DNA of 42,124 bases from a virus. Lineage: Duplodnaviria > Heunggongvirae > Uroviricota > Caudoviricetes. The notes beneath the pieces are model-generated. The model was given only the letters and a program-made list of their open reading frames with translations, ran no database searches and was not told the DNA's origin. The DNA lies in the IMG/VR virus record IMGVR_UViG_2909282993_000003, positions 1-42,124 of that record. One strand, 5' to 3'. Shown one piece after another: positions 9,131 to 17,249 of the stretch. A program made the translations under genes and the position numbers. Positions within the stretch are counted from its first letter, which is position 1, and every line of letters starts with the position of its first letter.

Positions 9131-10030
9131 ATGATTGATCCACTTATTAGAAACTTACAGAGTGATATTGCACTACTCCAGCTTTATATCGCGCAACGCA
9201 AACAGGCAGGCTTTCATGACATGGAAAGAATAATTGAGTCATTGACCATCTTTATGTTTCGCGCGCTGAAAATGGGTGAACTGGTAAACATGAATCAGAT
9301 TAAAGTTAATTTTCCCGCCATTGATTTAGCTGATAATAAAAACATGATAGCAGTTCAAGTTACTACGAATGCAAGTCCAGCAAAAATTAAAAAAACTATC
9401 GAATCTTTTGATGAAACAAATGAAATAGGAGAGAGTCTGAAAGATAAATACTCTACTTTATATATTTTTGGTTTTTGTAAAGCCTCAAGATACCTAACTC
9501 CAAGTTATTGTAAAATAATCGACCCCAGCTATTTCGTGAATGAACTTTGCGATAAAGCAGATGAAGATATGGTCCAGGATATGATTGACGCCATTCGACG
9601 CCATCATGATTATACATCATTACATCCATGGAGTGATAAAGATTCACTCGAAATTATACTCAATATTATTAATCGCAATGCAATAAAACATCGGATGAGT
9701 TGCGAAGGCAGTCTGTCTGATATGCTCACTGGTTTAAAAGAAATTAATGAAGTAATTACAAAAGGAACAATTCAACGTAAGCAACGTTCAAAATCGATAT
9801 CTGACTTCAAAGATCAAAGCATGGTGAAATTTATGAGAGGTGTAATGGATGATTTGTCTGTTATTCAAGCCATAGTGAACAAATCTAAAGTTAACCAAGG
9901 TGATATGGTTTATATAAGCCATGAAGATATGATTAATATTGATAAATTAAAAGCTAAAATAGCAAGTGATTCATCAGAGATTGCAAGGCTAAATAATATT
10001 GATATAACACTAAATGTTGTTGATTTATAA
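9131..10030 (+). CDS. Hypothetical protein (299 aa) in AT-rich accessory island; possible abortive-infection/defence protein
   Basis: Long uninterrupted ORF in visibly AT-rich DNA, where random stops are frequent; AT-rich promoter-like upstream region; no NTPase motif; contains an Rx4H tetrad (RNAIKH) that may or may not be HEPN-like. Confidence 0.7.
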   Translation: MIDPLIRNLQSDIALLQLYIAQRKQAGFHDMERIIESLTIFMFRALKMGELVNMNQIKVNFPAIDLADNKNMIAVQVTTNASPAKIKKTIESFDETNEIGESLKDKYSTLYIFGFCKASRYLTPSYCKIIDPSYFVNELCDKADEDMVQDMIDAIRRHHDYTSLHPWSDKDSLEIILNIINRNAIKHRMSCEGSLSDMLTGLKEINEVITKGTIQRKQRSKSISDFKDQSMVKFMRGVMDDLSVIQAIVNKSKVNQGDMVYISHEDMINIDKLKAKIASDSSEIARLNNIDITLNVVDL

Positions 10031-10344
10031 TTGTCGATTTAGCAAAACAGAGAATGCTTTGAAAGTTTCACCGAGAAATATTTATTGTGAACCTCCTTAT
10101 TGTTTATCGACTTTTACTCTCCGCTCATTGCAGTACTGTCGGAGAAGGCTACTATGTACAAGAAGCAGCTAACATAAGCGAGCATCACTATTGATATTAG
10201 GAAGAGTATATAAAAACTTCATGCTGAACCTTACAAAAGTAGGTAAACCGGCAATGGCCTAAGTGGCAGGGTCATGTTGATCCGGCACTGCCGAGCTAAT
10301 AATTAACAAGCAAATCACTCTTTCTAATAATTTGTTGAAATAAA

Positions 10345-11004
10345 CTAAATATGTATATGTTTACCAACAACCACATATGAACTACCTGCTTTGCTCCATG
10401 ATTTTATTATTTCTAAATTATTATCTGAGCATATTTTACTTACAGTATCCACATCTAATAAACCATAGTAGAAAGCATTACGAGAGTTTTGGTATATATA
10501 CCCATGCAAATGTTTAATACCGCTCTCGTACCTCTTGAAATAAGAACTTTTGTATTGATTGACAATCAGTGCTTCACCATCACTCTTTAATAATTTTCTA
10601 ATCGCACTGAGGACTTTGTGAATTGTGGATTCACATGGAATTGCGGAAAGCACGTTTGCGCAAAGTATGAAATCATAATGATTTGTTATTTTATCTATAT
10701 TTTCATAAGAAACAATATTAGCATTCTTATAGTTATTTATCACGTAATCTGGAATCGTGGTTTGTACACCTCTGATAATTTGCACTCTTTCTAGTTGTCT
10801 TCTGGAATCTAAAAATGTCACAGTTTCAAATTTATTTACTAATTGTTCTGAATATCTAAGTTTTCCACATCCAAAATCAAGGGCATTGCCATTTTTATTA
10901 GTGCTTTCAATCTGTTTACAGAGATAGTTAGATGGCATAGTGTGCGGTTTCGCTGCATTTTCTGAACGTATGTTTATTCCATTTATTTTGTAATTCAAAA
11001 TCAA
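10345..11004 (-). CDS. Class I SAM-dependent methyltransferase-like protein
   Basis: 219-aa ORF with motif I ALDFGCGKL (GxGxG), downstream acidic and hydrophobic motif YDFILCANVL and LKSDGEALIV, consistent with a Rossmann-fold methyltransferase; AT-rich; 6-nt gap after the upstream membrane-protein gene. Confidence 0.8.
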   Translation of the reverse strand: MILNYKINGINIRSENAAKPHTMPSNYLCKQIESTNKNGNALDFGCGKLRYSEQLVNKFETVTFLDSRRQLERVQIIRGVQTTIPDYVINNYKNANIVSYENIDKITNHYDFILCANVLSAIPCESTIHKVLSAIRKLLKSDGEALIVNQYKSSYFKRYESGIKHLHGYIYQNSRNAFYYGLLDVDTVSKICSDNNLEIIKSWSKAGSSYVVVGKHIHI

Positions 11005-11010
11005 CCTCGT

Positions 11011-11718
11011 TTAAAAAATATTGTTATTGTTAAAGAATTCTTTTATTTTGCTATCAGGTATTTGTCTTACTTGGCTTTCTGTTCTTGGTTTAACTGATGC
11101 TATGAAAATAAGGAAGTCAAATGCGACAAGAGAAATAATCCACAACCAAAGATTAATTAAAGAGCCAGTAACAGAGAATATATTTGTTAATTTGGCGATA
11201 CTTATTATTAAAATAGTAACAAATGCGATTACTGTATGTTCAAAGAAAACCCAAAAGTAATAAACTTTGTTCCAGAAAAGTTCAACGTAATGTTTGTCTT
11301 TTAACTCTTTAACTTCTGGGTAATACAGTTTACTCATTACCTTGTGAGATTCTTCAGTAGTTAATTTTCTCGTAACGCCTGCAATTTTTGCTAATGGTTT
11401 AATAATTAAATGACTATCCCACATCTTCCTTATTTCAATAATTTTTGCTACATTATTATGTAGATCTAAAGCTCCACTAATTACTGACCAAAAAACTGAA
11501 GATGCAATTGGTAATATGCCAAAGGTTAATATCCATTTAATAAATTCCTCGTAGTCTTTAACGGGGGGGATATACTTGGCATTAATGCCAACCAATGGCA
11601 TGTAGCCATAAATGACTAATGATAGGTAAAATATAAATGTAGTAATAAAAGTCGCCTTATGGAGCATAGGCAACATTTCATTATAACTCTTTGGTGGTTC
11701 TAACATTTTACTCTCCAA
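11011..11718 (-). CDS. Integral membrane protein (about 4 predicted TM helices), first gene of an operon with the methyltransferase
   Basis: 235-aa ORF with four long hydrophobic segments (two N-terminal, two C-terminal) around a central soluble region of about 80 aa; AT-rich; same strand as, and tightly linked to, the methyltransferase. Confidence 0.75.
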   Translation of the reverse strand: MESKMLEPPKSYNEMLPMLHKATFITTFIFYLSLVIYGYMPLVGINAKYIPPVKDYEEFIKWILTFGILPIASSVFWSVISGALDLHNNVAKIIEIRKMWDSHLIIKPLAKIAGVTRKLTTEESHKVMSKLYYPEVKELKDKHYVELFWNKVYYFWVFFEHTVIAFVTILIISIAKLTNIFSVTGSLINLWLWIISLVAFDFLIFIASVKPRTESQVRQIPDSKIKEFFNNNNIF

Positions 11719-12448
11719 ACATTCAAAAAAAAGCTAATCTTCTATAATAACGAAATTCAGCTGGCACAATTAAAGATTAATTGCCACCAATTTCTTGATT
11801 TTATAATTTTATCTAAATGTTTTTGATTAATCTAGTCCTAAAAGAAACCTACTGCATAAATATTTATGCTGATGACCCACTCCCTGTTCGTTAACACATA
11901 GCAACGTTAGTAATGCATCCTAAGTGATCAATATTTTTGCTAGCTTCATCTGCTCGCTCAAAGGGAACTATAATGTTGGCTTGCGTGTGACTTGGCATGT
12001 TTAAAGAAGTGCTGGTGGTGACTGGTTGCTGTTTTCCATTTCCACAGAACAAAATCATAGAAACTATACCCAGTAGTTGTATTGAATCACTGACGAGACA
12101 GCCTCATATTTATCAGGACTGGTGTACGTCCAATACAGGAGGTTGTGGTGCTGGTTCTCAAATGTGCGCTGGCTATTGCTGCTGTAATGGCAATTTATTG
12201 TCTTGCTGTTGTTCTTATGGATCACCTTTCTGATTGATTTCATATTGGCGAGGTAACGGTAGTTAAGTAGAATTGCTGCGGGTGCTTGAGGCTATCTGCC
12301 TCGGGCATCAACACCAAAGGCAGATAGAGAAAAGCCCCAGTTAACATTACGCGTCCGGCAAGACGCTTAACATTAATCTGAGGCCATATCTATGCTCTAC
12401 ACACGTAGGTTAGCCTCTTACGTGCCGAAAGGCAAGGAGAAGCAGGCT

Positions 12449-12604
12449 ATGAAGCAGCAAAAGGCGATGCTAATCGCCCTGATCGTCATCTGTTTAACCG
12501 TCATAGTGACGGCACTGGTAACGAGGAAAGACCTCTGCGAGGTACGAATCCGAACCGGCCAGACGGAGGTCGCTGTCTTCACAGCTTACGAACCTGAGGA
12601 GTAA
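12449..12604 (+). CDS. hokD: Hok/Gef family type I toxin (HokD/RelF-like)
   Basis: 51-aa product MKQQKAMLIALIVICLTVIVTALVTRKDLCEVRIRTGQTEVAVFTAYEPEE, a typical Hok single-TM peptide matching recalled HokD; upstream 9-bp perfect hairpin at 12292-12327 and a downstream GC hairpin plus intrinsic terminator, typical of hok mRNA folding elements. Confidence 0.85.
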   Translation: MKQQKAMLIALIVICLTVIVTALVTRKDLCEVRIRTGQTEVAVFTAYEPEE

Positions 12605-12674
12605 GAGACCCGGCGAGGGAGAAATCCCTCGCCACCTCTGATGTGGCAGGCATCCTCAACGCACCCGCACTTAA

Positions 12675-12699
12675 CCCGCTTCGGCGGGTTTTTGTTTTT
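12675..12699 (+). terminator. Rho-independent terminator downstream of hokD
   Basis: CCCGC-TTCG-GCGGG stem-loop followed by TTTTTGTTTTT. Confidence 0.6.
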
Positions 12700-12820
12700 A
12701 TTTTCAACGCGTTTGAAGTTCTGGACGGTGCCGGAATAGAATCAAAAATACTTAAGTAGCGCGCAGGGATAAGAGGGATGGTCCCTTAAAGGGGAGAGCT
12801 AATTATCCGGAAGGATTCTG

Positions 12821-13072
12821 ATGATGAACATCGAAGAACTGCGTAAAATTTTTTGTGAAGATGGCCTCTATGCTGTGTGCGTTGAAAATGGAAATATTGT
12901 TAGTCATTACCGCATTGTGTGTTTGCAAAAAAATGGGGCTGCGTTAATTAATTTTGTGGATGCCCGAGTGACGGACGGATTTATCTTGCGCGACGGTGAG
13001 TTTGTCACTTCATTACAGGCATTGAAAGAGATCGGAATAAAAGCTGGCTTTTCTGCTTTTTCAGAAGAATAA
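12821..13072 (+). CDS. Hypothetical protein (83 aa)
   Basis: ORF with an AAGGA ribosome-binding site; nin-region position; no recognisable family. Confidence 0.45.
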   Translation: MMNIEELRKIFCEDGLYAVCVENGNIVSHYRIVCLQKNGAALINFVDARVTDGFILRDGEFVTSLQALKEIGIKAGFSAFSEE

Positions 13073-13138
13073 ACTCATCTACAATCTTGCGCGGGGCTGA
13101 ACTCCCGCTGAGTAACACCGTGCCACCGGAGAAAACCG

Positions 13139-13417
13139 ATGGCACGCAACGCAAAATATTACAATCATGATAATTCGACCGTTCTTGCCCACACGCACGA
13201 GCGGTATTCTCATGCATTTAAGTCAGACTGGTACCAGCATCCCCCATGCACTGAAGAACAGGCCGAATGGCTCATTCAGTGTTACCGCAGGCGCGGATGC
13301 GAGGTTAAAAAAGCCCTTAGCCTCGACTACCGTCACTGGATAATCTCCGTCAGGCTCCCTTACTCCGAACGGCCACCGCGTCCGTCCTGCACATTCCAGC
13401 AACGGATCTGGAGGTAA
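13139..13417 (+). CDS. Hypothetical Cys/His-containing protein (92 aa)
   Basis: ORF whose stop abuts the start of the DUF968 gene; nin-region position; family uncertain. Confidence 0.45.
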   Translation: MARNAKYYNHDNSTVLAHTHERYSHAFKSDWYQHPPCTEEQAEWLIQCYRRRGCEVKKALSLDYRHWIISVRLPYSERPPRPSCTFQQRIWR

Positions 13418-13418
13418 T

Positions 13419-14477
13419 GTGCGGGTATTACTTCGACCTGTTCTGGTTCCGGAACTCGGGCTGGTGGTCCTTAAGCCAGGCCGTGAATCCATGCCGGTAT
13501 TCCACAATACCCGGGTACTGGTGGAGCCGGAACCGAAAAGCATGCGTAATCTGCCGTCCGGGGTCGTTCCTGCCGTTCGCCAGTCGCTGGCGGAGGATAA
13601 ATCATTACTGCCATTTTTCAGCGACGAACGAGTGATTCGTGCTGCTGGTGGCGCTGGCGCATTGTCTGACTGGTTACTGCGCCATGTTAAATCCTGCCAG
13701 TGGCCACACGGCGATTATCACCACAGTGAAACCGTCATTCACCGTTATGGTACCGGCGCAATGGTGTTGTGCTGGCACTGCGACAACCAGTTGCGTGACC
13801 AGACCTCAGAATCACTTGAGCAACTTGCTCACCAAAACTTGTCAGCATGGATGATTGACGTCATCCGTCACGCAATCAGCGGTACGCAGGAGAGGGAGTT
13901 ATCGCTGGCCGAATTATCCTGGTGGGCGGTCTGCAATCAGGTGGCTGATGCGCTTCCGGAGTCTGTATCGTGTCGTTCACTGGGATTACCGGTGGAAAAA
14001 ATCCGCTCCGTATACCGTGAGAGTGACATCGTACCGGGAGAACAGACTGCCACCAGCATACTGAAGCAGCGCACAAAAAATATTGCGCTGCCACTTCACG
14101 TCCACCAGCAACAGCCCCCACTCCAGGAAAAGACGTTAGTAAGCATCGCCGTTGATCCGGAGTCTCCGGCTCAGTATCTCCAGCGCCAGAAACCACAACG
14201 GGAAGAGATGCCTGTATACACGCGCTGGGTAAAAACGCAGAAATGCATGACGTGCGGTAATCAGGCAGATGATCCGCATCACATCATTGGTCATGGCCTG
14301 GGAGGTATGGGAACAAAGGCTGATGATTTGTTTGTTATTCCGCTGTGCCGTAAATGTCATAACGAACTGCACGCCGGGGTAAAAGATTTTGAAGAAAAAT
14401 ACGGCAGCCAGCTGTTGTTGCTGATTCGTTTTTTAATGCACGCGAGAAATTCGGGTGTCCTGAAGTGGAAAGCATGA
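13419..14477 (+). CDS. DUF968-family protein (YdfU-like) with C-terminal HNH-like Cys/His motif
   Basis: 352-aa ORF, GTG start preceded by GGAGG; C-terminus CMTCGNQADDPHHIIGHG...CRKCHNELH resembles a zinc-binding HNH-like module; matches recalled Qin YdfU. Confidence 0.7.
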   Translation: MRVLLRPVLVPELGLVVLKPGRESMPVFHNTRVLVEPEPKSMRNLPSGVVPAVRQSLAEDKSLLPFFSDERVIRAAGGAGALSDWLLRHVKSCQWPHGDYHHSETVIHRYGTGAMVLCWHCDNQLRDQTSESLEQLAHQNLSAWMIDVIRHAISGTQERELSLAELSWWAVCNQVADALPESVSCRSLGLPVEKIRSVYRESDIVPGEQTATSILKQRTKNIALPLHVHQQQPPLQEKTLVSIAVDPESPAQYLQRQKPQREEMPVYTRWVKTQKCMTCGNQADDPHHIIGHGLGGMGTKADDLFVIPLCRKCHNELHAGVKDFEEKYGSQLLLLIRFLMHARNSGVLKWKA

Positions 14478-14843
14478 ATGACTGAACGCATAGAATTTGT
14501 TTTGCCTTACCCGCCGACGGTGAATACCTACTGGCGACGTCATGGCAATACGTATTTCATCTCGGAGGCCGGAAAGCGTTATCGCCGTGATGTGGCGCTA
14601 ATTGTTCGCCAGCAGCGGCTGAAATTAAACCTGTCCGGAAGACTGGCAATAAAAATTACTGCAGAGCCACCGGATAAGCGCCGCCGCGACCTGGACAATA
14701 TCCTGAAGGCACCACTGGATGCGCTGACGCATGCCGGACTACTTATAGACGACGAGCAGTTTGATGAAATCAATATTGTGCGCGGTCAGCTCGTTCCTGG
14801 TGGGCGGCTGGGGATAAAAATCACAGAACTGGAGTGCGCATGA
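14478..14843 (+). CDS. rusA: Holliday junction resolvase RusA
   Basis: 121-aa product with YPPTVNTYWRR and DKRRRDLDNILKAPLDALTHAG motifs, matching recalled RusA catalytic residues; start adjacent to the preceding stop. Confidence 0.85.
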   Translation: MTERIEFVLPYPPTVNTYWRRHGNTYFISEAGKRYRRDVALIVRQQRLKLNLSGRLAIKITAEPPDKRRRDLDNILKAPLDALTHAGLLIDDEQFDEINIVRGQLVPGGRLGIKITELECA

Positions 14844-15529
14844 ATAACCAGTATTTACAGTTTGTGCGTGAGCAGCTCATTATCGCCACCGCTGATTTGA
14901 GTGGGGCAACAAAAGGTCAGCTTGAAGCCTGGCAAGAGAATGCCATGTTCGATACAGGGCGTTACAGGCGTAAAAAAATCCGGTACCGCGATGAAGTGAC
15001 TGGAAAAATGATAACGCGGGATAATCCACCAATCCCGGGAAAGCAATCGCTGGCGAAGGGGATGTCAATTCCTCTGGTCAGTCCGGTTGAGTTTTCGACA
15101 TCATCGTGGCGGCGGGCGGTTCTGTCTCTTGAAGAACATCATAAAGCCTGGTTGTTGTGGTGTTACAGCGGGAGTATTTGTTGGGAATATCAGATCGCGA
15201 TAACACAGTGGGCGTGGAATGAATTTAATACTCAATCCGGTACCAGAAAAATTGCAGGGAAAACGCAGGAACGCCTGAAAAAATTAATCTGGCTGGCGGC
15301 GCAGGAAGTAAAAGCAGAACTTTTTGGTGGGGAAGGTTATGAATACCAGGAGCTGGCATTACTGGCGGGAGTGACAACTAAAAACTGGTCCAAAACATTT
15401 ACTCGTCACTGGGTTGCAATGAAACACATTTTTCACCGACTGGATAGTGAGGCTTTATTGTTTGTAATGAGAACACGTTCAAAACAAAAGGCGGCATTTT
15501 CAAAGCAAAGTGTTGCAAAAGCAGATTGA
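14840..15529 (+). CDS. Late-gene antiterminator Q-like protein
   Basis: ORF overlapping the rusA stop (ATGA); sits immediately upstream of a sigma70-like promoter and a strong intrinsic terminator, the Q-PR'-tR' arrangement; consistent in size with Qin-type Q homologs. Confidence 0.65.
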   Translation: MNNQYLQFVREQLIIATADLSGATKGQLEAWQENAMFDTGRYRRKKIRYRDEVTGKMITRDNPPIPGKQSLAKGMSIPLVSPVEFSTSSWRRAVLSLEEHHKAWLLWCYSGSICWEYQIAITQWAWNEFNTQSGTRKIAGKTQERLKKLIWLAAQEVKAELFGGEGYEYQELALLAGVTTKNWSKTFTRHWVAMKHIFHRLDSEALLFVMRTRSKQKAAFSKQSVAKAD

Positions 15530-15541
15530 AAGGCATATATT
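15513..15541 (+). promoter_or_regulatory. Candidate late promoter PR' (TTGCAA-17 nt-TATATT)
   Basis: Near-consensus -35 and -10 hexamers with a 17-nt spacer overlapping the 3' end of Q, followed about 55 nt later by an intrinsic terminator. Confidence 0.45.
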
Positions 15542-15594
15542 TCATGCAAATCTGATATTTTGCCGATTTTGTACGTGATGGCAAAAGCAAACAA

Positions 15595-15619
15595 AACCCG
15601 CCCACAAGCGGGTTTTTTT
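15595..15619 (+). terminator. Rho-independent terminator (tR'-like) downstream of the late promoter
   Basis: CCCGCCC-ACAA-GCGGG stem followed by a run of seven T. Confidence 0.6.
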
Positions 15620-15739
15620 GTGCCACTTATCTCGGATAGACATGGTGAATGCGCTGGTGGAGGAAGTAAGGGTAATTTTTAACCAGGTAATTCTTGAATG
15701 CTTGCAACATTGATTTCGTAACGTTATTATCCTGCGCCC

Positions 15740-15815
15740 GGCCCTTTAGCTCAGTGGTGAGAGCGAGCGACTCATAATCGCCAGGTCGCTGGTTCAAATC
15801 CAGCAAGGGCCACCA
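15740..15815 (+). tRNA. tRNA with CAU anticodon (Ile2/ileX-like or Met)
   Basis: 76-nt cloverleaf folded by hand: acceptor GGCCCTT/AAGGGCC, D arm GCTC/GAGC, anticodon loop CTCATAA, T loop TTCAAAT, 3' CCA encoded; closely resembles recalled host ileX. Confidence 0.85.
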
Positions 15816-15816
15816 A

Positions 15817-15893
15817 CCGCCACTGGCTCATCAGGAAAGAGCGTCAACCCTTTAAGTTGAGTGTGCGAGGTTCGAGTCCCCGGTGGCGGTCCA
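15817..15893 (+). tRNA. tRNA-like gene, anticodon ambiguous (loop CCTTTAA; reads UUU with a non-canonical C33); possibly degenerate
   Basis: Acceptor CCGCCAC/GTGGCGG, D arm GCTC/GAGC, T loop TTCGAGT, CCA encoded; T stem has one mismatch; anticodon loop lacks the conserved U33. Confidence 0.5.
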
Positions 15894-15895
15894 GT

Positions 15896-15971
<76 letters not shown>

Positions 15972-15974
15972 TAT

Positions 15975-16049
<75 letters not shown>

Positions 16050-16108
16050 GTCAGAGTCTTTCAGTCTGCGATGATGGGAAATCCCGGAGTGACTGAAAGA
16101 CGTTTAAG

Positions 16109-16181
16109 TTATGAATGATCGCCTTTTTTTGCAAAATTGCTGTGCAGAAATACTAACCTTCGGGCAGGCGATCATTCATAA
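16109..16181. repeat. Perfect 15-bp inverted repeat (TTATGAATGATCGCC / GGCGATCATTCATAA) with 43-nt spacer in the tRNA-holin intergenic region
   Basis: Read directly; preceded by a second hairpin (11-bp stems at 16056-16066 and 16091-16101) and followed by a terminator-like GC stem plus T-run at about 16256-16282. Confidence 0.6.
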
Positions 16182-16341
16182 GCACTCTGCTTTTATTCCG
16201 ATTAACTGTGGGTGGTTTGTTGGATAGAGTGCTTTCCTTACTGTATATATCGTTTCGCCCGCTTTTGCGGGCTTTTCTTTTCAAATCCCTTTCATTTCTC
16301 AGTGTAAAACTACGCCATCCGTTATTTGCGGAGGTGAGGCT

Positions 16342-16557
16342 ATGAAATCCATGGACAAAATTTCAACGGGCATTGCCTATGGCACCTCCGCAGGCAGTGC
16401 TGGCTACTGGTTTTTACAGTGGCTTGATCAGGTCAGTCCGTCACAGTGGGCTGCGATTGGTGTACTGGGGAGTCTGATTCTGGGCTTCCTGACTTATCTG
16501 ACAAATCTGTACTTCAAAATCAGAGAAGACAAGCGTAAGGCTGCACGGGGAGAGTAA
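16342..16557 (+). CDS. Class II holin / pinholin (phage 21 S-like) with dual-start motif
   Basis: 71-aa product [30 protein letters not shown]... with two TM segments; Met1 and Met4 form the dual-start (antiholin/holin) arrangement known for S21. Confidence 0.9.
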   Translation: MKSMDKISTGIAYGTSAGSAGYWFLQWLDQVSPSQWAAIGVLGSLILGFLTYLTNLYFKIREDKRKAARGE

Positions 16558-16561
16558 TTCA

Positions 16562-16906
16562 ATGATTCAAAACTATGAACTGATTGTGAAAGGGATCCGC
16601 AATTTTGAGAATAAAGTTACGGTAACTTTAGCGTTACGGGACAAAAAACGCTTTGACGGTGAAATTTTTGACCTGGACATCTCGCTGGACCGTGTTGAAG
16701 GTGCCGCGCTGGAGTTTTATGAGGCAGCAGCCAGAAGGAGCATCAGACAGGTCTTCCTGGATGTTGCTGCCGGGTTATGTGAAGGGGATGAGCTGTCGCC
16801 GGAAAAGCGCCCCATAATTTTAGAGGCGCAGAATGTGTGGATAACCTACAAAGGAAAGCTACCGGGAAGAATTACTGGTTCTCTGAAGACTCCGCCGAAA
16901 TGGTAA
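16562..16906 (+). CDS. YdfR-like protein between holin and endolysin
   Basis: 114-aa ORF starting 5 nt after the holin stop (translational coupling); the position matches a conserved unknown-function gene I recall between S and R in Qin-type lysis cassettes. Confidence 0.55.
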   Translation: MIQNYELIVKGIRNFENKVTVTLALRDKKRFDGEIFDLDISLDRVEGAALEFYEAAARRSIRQVFLDVAAGLCEGDELSPEKRPIILEAQNVWITYKGKLPGRITGSLKTPPKW

Positions 16907-17249
16907 TTTCACCAGCATATTTTTCTTCCAGTAATACCGCCAGCCACTTGAAAGAATTTTGTTGTTGCTGGGACCATTTGGGGTTGAGTGATTCAAGCTG
17001 GAGCGATGCCAGTGTTGGTTGCATTTGTTCCTTGGGAATTGAGAATGCCAGATATGAAAATGCGACAGTAAGGGCATTTACATCATCCCGAAGCTTGGAA
17101 ATGCAGTCGAGCAACTCCTGTAGAGAAATGGTGCTATTGTCCATAAACAATCCTCTCTATTGTATTTAACTATTCCTTGCCTGATTCAACAGGCCGGGAC
17201 AGATAAACATATCCAGGGTTCAGAAACCGATAAATCCTGATAAATATCC

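Noticed and set aside
13223-13543. 106-aa minus-strand ORF across the start of the DUF968 gene
   Set aside because: Antisense to two well-supported plus-strand genes; Ser/Thr/Arg/Gly-rich low-complexity translation.
16050-16341. Shiga toxin genes (stxAB) in the Q-to-S slot
   Set aside because: Looked for because the Q-tRNA-holin context is the classic stx site; the interval is only about 290 bp and has no ORFs, so no toxin cargo is present.
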